Of a stretch of DNA of 64,000 bases, positions 1-11,164 are shown one piece after another. The stretch is from Eledone cirrhosa (Eukaryota). The translations under genes were made by a program, and so were the position numbers. The notes beneath the pieces are model-generated. The model worked only from the letters and a program-made list of their open reading frames with translations, was not told where the DNA came from and searched no databases. Position 1 is the stretch's first letter; each line of letters begins with the position of its first letter. The stretch spans positions 326,616,001 to 326,680,000 of the forward strand of contig OZ024741.1 in NCBI GenBank assembly GCA_964016885.1, in the 5' to 3' direction.

Positions 1-612
1 TTATGCTCCAGTGGCATATGTGCGTGTTCGTTTTACTTTGTAGAGAGAAGAAACTAAGAAAAAGAAGAAAATCAAAATACTGAAAAACGTAATATACGAT
101 CGAGTAAAAGAAATAATAAAAAATAAGAATAAACTAGGAATACATTTGATAATATATTAACACTAACAACAACAACAATAATAAAAACAACATTGTCTGC
201 AGAGTCTAAAAAATAACATATCTTTGATATATACTACAAGAGCAATATACATATATTTATTTATTTCTGTTTTATTATTTCCAATTCATTTTATTTGCTA
301 TATGCTCGTGTCTATCCAGTATCTATTCCTACATGAGAATAGAAATGTTTTCTTTCTTGGGAAGTAAAAATACAAGCTAGGTCTATAGATGGAAATTCTC
401 CGAGGCTATGCATATGTTTGAAGAGAGAAACGTATAAAAAAATTTATATTCTATGGTTTAGATGGACTTCCAACATAATGCAATCTCCTTGCACTAAAGA
501 GCGATTATTTATCAATGTCTCTATCTAGCTATCTACACACACACACACACACACACACATATGTATGTGTGTGTGTGTGTATGTATATATATGTAAGCTT
601 GCATATATATAT

Positions 613-733
613 ATAGGAAAAAGTATGACCCCGACGGCAGAGCTCAAGCCGTTCCGACGGATATTTCTGGACAGTCCAGAAATAACCGTCGAAACGGCTT
701 GAGATCTGCCGTCGGGGTCATACTTTTTCCTAT
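613..733. repeat. Near-perfect fold-back palindrome (~60 bp arms, 1-nt loop at 673) next to (TA)n
   Basis: ATAGGAAAAAGTATGACCCCGACGGCAGA...TCTGGAC-A-GTCCAGA...TCTGCCGTCGGGGTCATACTTTTTCCTAT; arms are reverse complements with a few mismatches. Confidence 0.95.
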
Positions 734-1060
734 TTCCCACTCTACTACCCTAAGTATTGAGTATTCTGGTGCGTTTTGGCCCATCTGGTCCCTTACCACA
801 ATTCCTTTGTTTTATATATATATATATATATATGTATATGATTTATTTTCTTGAGATCGTGTAAAAGGTTGCTGGAAAGCGGCATTAATATGTAAGGATG
901 TATGTATATATGGACATATGCGGCCAGCCGTCGAAGAAACAACGCCACGCGTTCGGCCGGCCCCCTGTATCATTAAAAGGAAATCTTTTTCGGGGAAATT
1001 ATTAGATTTTTTCGAATTTAAAGGTTTCTTAGTAACTTTCTATGTTTATTTTAGGTTTTG

Positions 1061-1118
1061 CCGTCTGATGAGCTCATGGTATCATAACTGATAAACTTCA
1101 GTGAAGTATGTATAATGG
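1061..1118 (+). ncRNA. Degenerate minimal hammerhead-like motif
   Basis: CCGT-CTGATGA-...-GAAG-TATGTA-TA-ATGG; stem I CCGT/ATGG; GAAA core altered to GAAG; stem II weak. Confidence 0.3.
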
Positions 1119-1173
1119 AGTTTTAAATAAACCTGAATCAACCGAATAAGGCCTCCGATCTTTTATTAATATA

Positions 1174-4100
1174 CTAGCTGAATGACCTGGCGTTGCCCGA
1201 GTTACTGCTGTTTTTATTCAGATTAGGAAACAATAAATATGAAGAATTTTTTTTTCTCATATTCACTTTACATAAAATATGTCAAAGTTGTAATGATAAT
1301 AGAATTTAGAAATGAAAATCTCTTCAACCCGGTTTTACCATCTTCTTTTCTCAACCAAGAAACCAACAAAAATCACAAAAAGGGAACACAAAAATATATA
1401 TATATATTAAGAATAACAAACAGAAATCGTAATAAATTTTCTGTCGAAAACAAAAAACAGCCATAAAACAGTTTTTTTTTAACGGATGATAAAGCACTGT
1501 AAAGTTGTTGGAAGAGCCTGATAGAATGAGATGAGCAACAGCCAGAAGCACAGCAGCAGCAGTATTTCGAACTGTCCTCCATTTAGGGTCGTAATCTTCA
1601 GTTTCGATATCAGATTTATGAGAGAGGTATATCGTCAATTATTGATTTTTATCGATTTGTTTGCGTAATTGGGGATCAATTTTAAATATATAAATTCTGC
1701 ATGACCTAATTGAAGCTATTTCGAATATTGATAAGTAATTTTCCATTGAAGGAGGTGTTATTTTTTAATCGTATAGAAAAGGAACATGCACACACACTCG
1801 CTTTTATAGATAATGATATATATATATCTGTATGTGAGTGTGCGTATGTGTTTGTATATATATAAACTCTTTTTGTGTTAAATCATCTCAGTGGTAATGC
1901 ACGTTACAGGACCTCTTTGTAGACTATGTTGCGGGTCATACCGTTGGGTGTGTATGAAAAAAGGGAGTCCTTACTCCCAACTCGCGAGCAGGCAACATAA
2001 AGTTGGCCATGAGCAAAGCAGGGCTCTTTTAGATGAATGCCCGCCACGGGCAAAGTTTGACCCTGAGATTTGTTTATGGTGATCGCGAAGCAGGGCCTTA
2101 CGGGAAACTGATGTCGCCTAAAACCTATCGGGATGTCCGTGGTCGAAGGTTGGATGCTTAGCCTTGGGATCATGACGGTCTCACCTTTACCACAACCAGT
2201 TAAAATGGTTGCTTCAATGAGATGGTTCGTCATTGATTTGACTACCATTCGAGTGCCGTTGCACTGTTTTGGGTTTTGGGGGGCGCATGTTACGCATAAG
2301 CATAATCGGACTGCCGACCTTGAGCTTCAGGATGCGGGGTGGGAGACCTGGGGGTTCAAGGCTATTCAAAAACTCTACTGGGTAATCCGTCGCCTCCTGT
2401 GGATCGGTGACGCGGGTTGCCAAGGAAGTCTGTTCTCGCAAAGGTTCTGGAGGGGCCGCCAAAGGAGGAAGTTAAACCTTACCATTAGAGCAGCACAGGC
2501 CAGGTGGTTCTCCGGGCCACTTCTCTGCACCACAGAATTGGCATATGACATCCATCGGAGTATTTTACTGATGGATCGTATTTGAAAGCCTTCATAAGCC
2601 AAAATGACTCATGTGGACTCGTTGTTCCTCTGGCGGTGTCTCTTCGTGCGCTGTTTGTGTCCAACCGAGCACAGCGGGCTGTTTGATGTTCTGCGGCACG
2701 TGAGGCGGTGGTGGATACAGCGTTCTGGGTCCTTCGGATGGCTGTCTGTATCTCGGTCTGGGATGCTCTGGCAGCTGCGGTGGAGGCGGAGTCCTTGGAC
2801 CTTCGGATGGCTGTCTCCTGGTCGGTTTCTGCGGCACGGGAGGCAGCGGTTGAAGCAGCGTTCTTTGACCGTCTGGTGGCTGTTTGCTGTTTAGTTTCGG
2901 AGGCCCCTGCAGCAGCAGTAGTTGCAGCATTCCTAGCCCCACGAATAGCTCTTTGGCTGTCACTCTCTGCTGCCCTAGAGGCGGCTGTTGCAACTGCATT
3001 CCGACAATTACGAATGGCACAATTCGAAGCGGTAACCGTAGATAGAGAGGCGCTGGGTTGGGCTGTGCTAGGGGTACTTAAGTTTGAAAGTGAAGTAACA
3101 GGGGTTTGTGGCCAAAAATGCAGTCCGCCATCCGTAGACTGCTCATTCAATCGCCTCTTTTTTGAAACAACAGACGATGTTTTCCTACGGCTAAGGGTAC
3201 TCTTTCTTTTCAGTGGCATGGTTGCAATAGTACAGTAAACAGTAAAGGGGAAGCAGGTTTAGAGCAAAGGCAAAAAAGGGAAGGTGATAAGAAGTATTTT
3301 GGGGAAGGTAAAAAAAAGTAAAAAATTGTTACAATTTTAAGCAAGAAAAAAGTAAACAAAAAACGTACTGGGAATGGCAAAGTCCGAAAGCGAGGTCACA
3401 AAATGTAATGCAGTGAGAGTGAAGCACACGTCTACACAGTAGCCTAACCAAGTAGCAAGTGTAGCGTTTGAAAACCAAAGCTTTGCAGGCCACTCAAATC
3501 AACGATAAGAGTCTGTAGAATTTTTTTGATAGCAGACTTGCCAAAACAATAAAAGCTGCCACCTCCAGCCGTCCAGGAAATTTTTTTTTTTATTCAAGGC
3601 GAAAATTTGTCCACTTCTCGACCGAAAGAAAGCAAAAACTGACTCAACTAGTGCCAGGTGGTCAGAACTGGCAGGAACTGGTTTGTGTCACGTGAAGCTG
3701 TAACTATAGCAACAGTGGTTCCCTCGGTCTCAAAGACCAAAGTAAGTGGAGAGGGGAAGGTAATGTTACTGTAACACCAACAACGTCTCTCTCTATATTC
3801 CTCGCTCAATAAAGAAGGGGAGGGGGAAGGTAATGTTACTATAGCAACAGTGGTTCGCTCACTGACCAAAGTGGAGAGGGGAATGTAATATTTCTGTGAC
3901 ACCCAAAACTTCTCTCTCTATCTTCCTCTCTCTCTCTCTAAAGAAGGGGGAAGGGGAAGGTAATGTTACTATAAGACCTGTTATTCCTGTCTCTCTATAT
4001 ACGAAGTGAAGATTCGACCTCGAGCTTCACTCTCGACCGAATTTCGAATTGATTCGAGCACGTCAACAAAATTTAGACTCTTTTCTACCCATATTAGCAA

Positions 4101-4377
4101 AAAACCAGGTCAAAAAACTCAAAAGAAAAAATGTTTCACGCGTGCATAAAATGCAACCTCATCTCCCGATTTCACCCAAAATAGACAAAAAGGTGGATTG
4201 CGAGCTCCTGGGGGGACCTATCAACAAACAAAGGAGCCTAAGCAATGTAAAGGGTCATGAGGAGTGATGTATGCAAATTTGAGCGAGATCGGGCGAGCGG
4301 TGTAGACGCCAACCTCGAATAATATAGAATCCACACACACACAGACAAACACACATCCTCTGTTATATATATATAGA
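1174..4377 (-). mobile_element. Helitron (internally deleted derivative of an autonomous element)
   Basis: Minus-strand 5' end TCTATATATATA (4377); 3' end GC-rich CGGGCAACGCCAGG followed by CTAG (1174) and then T; contains a RepHel remnant; subterminal GGAAGGTAATGTTACT repeats at 3700-3975. Confidence 0.85.
1904..3219 (-). pseudogene. Helitron RepHel remnant: 23-aa STPR-like repeats + CxxC...CC zinc finger fused to the C-terminus of a PIF1 helicase
   Basis: Repeats like ETKQQTATRRSKNAASTAASRAA; CQFCGAEKWPGEPPGLCCSNGKV; [30 protein letters not shown]; RHQFPVRPCFAITINKSQGQT..HGQLYVACSRV; HUH Rep domain and most of the helicase deleted near 2430; frameshifts. Confidence 0.9.
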
Positions 4378-5304
4378 CTAGCACAAAACAACCCGGTGGG
4401 CGGTTTTCTGCTAGCAAATCTAGAGTATATACTGATATTGTTGAGATTTGGATGGAAATGTTTTCGGCACCACATGTTCACCGTCTCTCGGTGTGTCTTT
4501 TATGCATGTATAAATATATATGTTATCGATACGGTGAAATCTTTGAAATAAATATATGTTAAAACGAAAAAGGAGAAAATAAATAACTGGCGGTTAGAAA
4601 AAATATTCCTATGAAATTTTAATCATACCATTAGGTGTGAATAAGGAAATATTTTTTTATTGTCAAATCAAATGTTCAAAAGTTAAACTTCAATTTTTTG
4701 AATTATTTCCAATTTTTTCTTGAAATTGAACACTTGACATTGGCTGCTGGAAATGGAAATTAAATCGTATTTAATTGTATTTAAATTTCTAACCTTATTT
4801 TATTATTTATATTTTTTCAATAAGAAATAAAAAACAACAAAAATTGAAGAAAAAAATTGAACAAATCAAACGTAGGTTATGGAACTGCGCAATCTGATTA
4901 ATAAATTACCTCATCAGCAGCAACCTTCAAATGATCCTTATTATCAACAGCAACAACCACAAATTCAATGGCAACCTTCTTCAAACCACAAATTCAATGG
5001 CAACCTTCTTCGCATGGTGTCAAGTCAGAACCGCCTCGAACTGGTTACTTCTGGCTTGTGCAAGGTATTTCTATAGCAACCAGCGATTCCCTCGGCCTCA
5101 GTGACCAAAGTCAGTGGAGAGGGGAAGGTAATGTTTCTGTAGCACGTGTTTTAGCGTCTATTCACTCTCTCTCTCCCTCTCTCCCTCCCGCTATCCCCCT
5201 CTCGTAGTCTGTCTCTTTCTTTCACTCTCACTCTCTCTCTACGCACGTGTTTCCACTGTCGGACAGACAGACAGAGAAATTGGTGGTTATATATTATAAG
5301 GAGA
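4378..5304 (-). mobile_element. Non-autonomous Helitron joined head-to-tail to the previous element
   Basis: Minus-strand 5' TCTCCTTATAATATAT...CTGTCTGTCTGTCC; 3' AAAACCGCCCACCGGGTTGTTTT..CTAG at 4378; shares the GACCAAAGT.AGTGGAGAGGGGAAGGTAATGTT motif with 3735-3770. Confidence 0.7.
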
Positions 5305-5472
5305 TAATAATACTCCATTTATACAAGTCGTTGAGCGCATCTTGTATCTGCTTCACAACCAACACATCATGGCGTTATCCGCACATCACTATTCTGTTAG
5401 TACCTTACTCTCTTTCTCTCTCTCTCTCTCCCCCTCTCTCTCTGTGTCTCTCTCTCTATATATATATGTATA

Positions 5473-5510
<38 letters not shown>

Positions 5511-5514
<4 letters not shown>

Positions 5515-5640
5515 TATTTCATTATAATATCATTATAATTTTAAAGGATTTAAAATAAAACGAGTAAATAAGACAAAGTTGGAATTCATTTTATTAATAT
5601 AATCTTCTATACACAATCATACACACCCGTGTATATTTAT
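5511..5640 (+). repeat. Partial diverged copy of the right arm/tail of the 6237-6625 palindrome family
   Basis: ATACTATTTCATT...AAATAAAACGAGTAAAT.AGACAAAGTTGGAATTC...TATACACAATCATACACAC matches 6535-6660; flanked by (TA)n. Confidence 0.8.
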
Positions 5641-5661
5641 TTATATATATATACATATACA

Positions 5662-5708
<47 letters not shown>

Positions 5709-5976
5709 TAGGGTGGCCCTTAGCAATAGGTAATTTTCCGAACGTAACCATTTAGCTGTTCTTCATTGCTCTCCTTTTATCATTGCTCTCCTTGCTCACC
5801 TTTTGCCCTGTTCTCCTTGCTCTCCTTTTCTCATCGATGTCCTTCGTCTTTTATACTTACTGTCCTTGCTCTCCCTTTCTCCTTAAAACTATGCACTTGT
5901 TTATATACAAATACAATGAGAAAATGGCAGCAAGGACAAATATGAAAGTAACAATAGTAAGGAGAGTATATATATA

Positions 5977-6095
5977 AGGCGTGTGGCTGATGGGGTAGAG
6001 AACTGGATTCGCAATCGTGAGGTTGTCGGTTCGATTCCTGGACCGGACGATGCGTTATGTCCTTGAGAAATACACTTTATTTCACGTTGCTCCTT
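5977..6095 (+). mobile_element. tRNA-derived SINE fragment
   Basis: A-box-like GTGGCTGATGGGG and B box GGTTCGATTCC, followed by a TGTCCTTGAG.AA.ACACTT core similar to Meta-type SINEs; no complete cloverleaf. Confidence 0.6.
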
Positions 6096-6236
6096 CTATA
6101 TGGAGTTGCGACCGATATATAGTATTAGCAATTGGAAAGACCAACGGAAACATTGTATCCTCGGTCCGATTTGACGAAAGTCGGTCGAAAAGGAATTTAT
6201 ATATACATATCATATATATATGTATATATGTATATA

Positions 6237-6625
6237 TATATTAATAAAAGGAATTCCAACGTTGTCTGATTTACTCGTTTTATTTACAATTCGTTAAAAT
6301 TATAATCGTATTAGAATGAAATAGTATGGTAGAATGTTAAATGTTAAGTGTTAATTGAACAAGTACGTTCATGCTTTCGCAATCTTCAGATTCATATTCT
6401 GTGGTGACAGTCAAGTTTGCAATTTTCAACTGTTGGAAATTGCAAACTTGGCTGTCACCACAGAATATGAACCTGAAGATTGCGAAAGCATGAACGTACT
6501 TGTTCAATTAACACTTAACATTTAACATTCTACCATACTATTTCATTCTAATACGATTATAATTTTAACGAATTGTAAATAAAACGAGTAAATCAGACAA
6601 AGTTGGAATTCCTTTTATTAATATA
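6237..6625. repeat. 389-bp near-perfect palindrome (centre 6431) with a hammerhead-like motif in each arm
   Basis: Arms are reverse-complementary over ~190 bp with few mismatches; flanked by (TA)n. Confidence 0.95.
6468..6506 (+). ncRNA. Minimal hammerhead-like motif with a variant core (mirror copy at 6356-6394, minus strand)
   Basis: TGAAC-CTGAAGA-T-TGC(GAAA)GCA-T-GAAC-GTAC-TT-GTTCA; stem I TGAAC/GTTCA; position 15.1 is C instead of A in both arms. Confidence 0.55.
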
Positions 6626-6657
6626 ATCATCTATACACAATCATACACACCTGTGTA

Positions 6658-6752
<95 letters not shown>

Positions 6753-6770
6753 GTACATATATACACATAC

Positions 6771-8260
<1,490 letters not shown>

Positions 8261-8353
8261 TATCAACATGAATGGACCTGTTATTTTTATCTAAAGACAT
8301 TTTTTCCAATTCCAACCCACCCGTCCCCTCAATCTATCTTATTTCTCAATCTT

Positions 8354-8389
8354 TCTTCTAAGGAAGGACTAGCGTCCGAAACGTTAAGA
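8354..8389 (+). ncRNA. Degenerate minimal hammerhead motif (a more decayed relative lies at ~42357-42392)
   Basis: TCTT-CTAAGGA-A-GGAC(TAGC)GTCC-GAAA-CG-TT-AAGA; all stems pair; G5 mutated to A. Confidence 0.55.
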
Positions 8390-8477
8390 CCCTCTTCCTG
8401 CTATATTAAACGTAAACCTAATATATCGGTTCCATATACTGTACCTATTGTGTTGTTATTTCTGTGTACCTTTTACA

Positions 8478-8535
<58 letters not shown>

Positions 8536-8646
8536 GGAAAACGAAGAATCAATGATACATCGGAATACAATATCATACTCTGCTCCGAAGGATCATGGAG
8601 TGCTCAACCGGCATACCGCCTATGGACGCATCCAAGCAACCTTACC

Positions 8647-8705
<59 letters not shown>

Positions 8706-8706
8706 G

Positions 8707-8763
8707 AAGTTGTGTTTCGCTAATTTCTACTCGCCGAAATGCGATTCTCTCTAAATTTATATT

Positions 8764-8815
<52 letters not shown>

Positions 8816-8872
8816 AATATAAATTTAGCGAGAATCGCATTTCGGCGAGTAGAAATTAGCGAAACACAACTT
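8707..8872. repeat. Inverted repeat with a (TA)n centre
   Basis: AAGTTGTGTTTCGCTAATTTCTACTCGCCGAAATGCGATTCTC.CTAAATTTATATTTGTA-(TA)n-reverse complement. Confidence 0.9.
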
Positions 8873-8942
8873 AGCTATTGCTAAGGGCCACCCTAATCCG
8901 TATGTGGTTGACAGCTGTGCGATAAATGAGTACTCGGTATGG

Positions 8943-9001
<59 letters not shown>

Positions 9002-9048
9002 CAGCTGTCAACAACATACGGATTAGGGTGGCCCTTAGCAATAGCTAA
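8871..9048. repeat. Second adjacent inverted repeat duplicating a MITE end plus its flank
   Basis: 8871-8918 TTAGCTATTGCTAAGGGCCACCCTAATCCGTATGT.GTTGACAGCTGT is the reverse complement of 9001-9048. Confidence 0.85.
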
Positions 9049-9393
9049 TTTTCCGTAGGTTTAAATTGGGCTGCTCCTACAGCAGAAAATAGGTGTTTGT
9101 CCTATACCTGCGCTCTGTCCCCAGCTCTGCCTGTTGACTTCCCCATTATATTTATTGTCACTTATCCTTCTAATACCAAGAATAAGTCTGAACATGTTTT
9201 TAATTTAAGAGAAAATTATATAAGTGATAAAAGTTTTTATCTGAAAAAAAAATGACTTTCCGGGCGAAAACTTCAAAATTTCAGGGTCGATGCGGGTCGC
9301 CTTGCAATTCTCTACTTGAGCTAACATTTTGCATAGACTGTATTTTTGTTAATTGGAACAAGATAAGAAATTTGAAAAATAAGGGCCACCCTA
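9024..9393. mobile_element. MITE with 14-bp TIRs, hATm-like termini
   Basis: TAGGGTGGCCCTTA...TAAGGGCCACCCTA perfect TIR; non-coding; another left end at 5709. Confidence 0.8.
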
Positions 9394-9419
9394 ATATACA
9401 CATGTATATATACACACAC

Positions 9420-9589
<170 letters not shown>

Positions 9590-10846
9590 GTAGTAAAATG
9601 TGGAAAGGAGGCACACGTGTTAGGATATATATATAAACAGGGAGAAAGAGACGATTATGAGGAAGAAAAATATATTTTTTTCCTTTTCTTTGTCTCTCTC
9701 TCTCTCTCTTTTTCTGGGTTAGAAAATGATTAAAACGAAATGTTTTACTTTGTGTGAAGTGTTAAGGTATTAGTTGATTTATTTATTATTTAACAATGGA
9801 ATTTATATATCTGTTTATATATTTAATTATTGTCTATTACCGTTTTCTGCCTTTATATGCATTATCAAATGATAGTGAAATGTATTAGTGTGGTGTCGCA
9901 CATGTTAAACAGAAGTTACATAAAGAATAATGTTATATACAAACAAGGTTCAAGAAGTGAAAAGAAAAAAGAAAAAGACAAAAAAACGTGCATAATGTGG
10001 AACGTAAAAAGTCAATGTGGGAGAAAAAATAATGTTATTTACAAGCACAGTCATTGAAGTTAAGCTGTTCAAAATGTGTTAATATCGCAAGAGTGCGTAG
10101 TTTCACAGTTAAACACAACTTTACATGTGCATCTGAAAACCTTATCTATGATTTGACCTGCTCAGGTTGTCAAGAGCACTACATAGGACAGACAAAAAAC
10201 AGCCTCCGTCAACTAATGACCGTCCATAAATCACAAATTAAAATACAGGAATACAGAAAGATTGCATTTAGTGAACATATCGCCAATTGTGCTCTCAACC
10301 AACATCCAAACTTTAAAATGTTCCCCATATACAAATTCATAGACAACGCTACTTTCATTCAACGCACCAATAAGGAAACACATTTCATTAATGAATTTCA
10401 ACCACTACTCAATGCCCTAAAAGTCGTACCAATCTAAAAACTGCAACAAACCATCAAACATTTACAAAAGTTACCTCCCTCACACCATAACTAATCCTTT
10501 TTCTTAAATAAATTAAATATCACCCAGCAAGAATTGCTTCCCCCTGCATATTTACTTTCTAAAAAGGGAACTCATATCAAACGACAGTCTACCATTTGCC
10601 TCCTTCATGGAACCATGGTTCAACTAAACACTCTTGCGATATTAACACATTTTGAACTGCTTAACTTCAATGACTGTGCTTGTAAATAACATTATTTTTT
10701 CTCCCACATTGACTTTTTACGTTCCACATTATGCACGTTTTTTTGTCTTTTTCTTTTTTTTTCACTTCTTAAACCTTGTTTGTATATAACATTATTCTTT
10801 CTGCACCTTCTGTTTAACATGTGCGACACCACACTAATTCATTTCA

Positions 10847-10888
10847 CTATCATTTGATAATGCATGCAGATGCAGAAACCGGTAATAG
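10847..10888 (+). ncRNA. Hammerhead-like motif with U3-A8 core variant in the family-A pLTR (copies at ~15355-15395 plus and ~9833-9875 minus)
   Basis: TTGATAA-TGCAT(GCAG)ATGCA-GAAA-CCGG-TA-ATAG; palindromic stem III ACCGGT; stem I short. Confidence 0.55.
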
Positions 10889-11164
10889 ACAATAATTACA
10901 TATATAAACAGATAAATAAATGCCATTGTTAAATAATAAATAAATCAACTAATACCTTAACACTTCACACAAAGTAAAACATTTCGTTTTAATCATTTTC
11001 TAACCCAGAAAAAAGAGAGAGAGAGACAAAAAAAAGGAAAAAATATATATTTCTTCCTCATAATTGCCTCTTTCTCCCTGTTTTCATATATATATATATC
11101 CTAACTCGTGTGCCTCCTCTCCACATTTTACTATTATTATTCATCCCCACACGAGACACAGAAA

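Noticed and set aside
2708-3238. 176-aa Ala-rich plus-strand ORF, and similar antisense ORFs over the LINEs
   Set aside because: Antisense shadows of transposon coding sequence
3700-3975. Spaced direct repeats resembling a CRISPR array
   Set aside because: Irregular, degenerate subterminal Helitron repeats in eukaryotic DNA; no cas genes
5977-6050. Possible tRNA gene
   Set aside because: Has A/B boxes but no convincing acceptor stem, and continues into a SINE core
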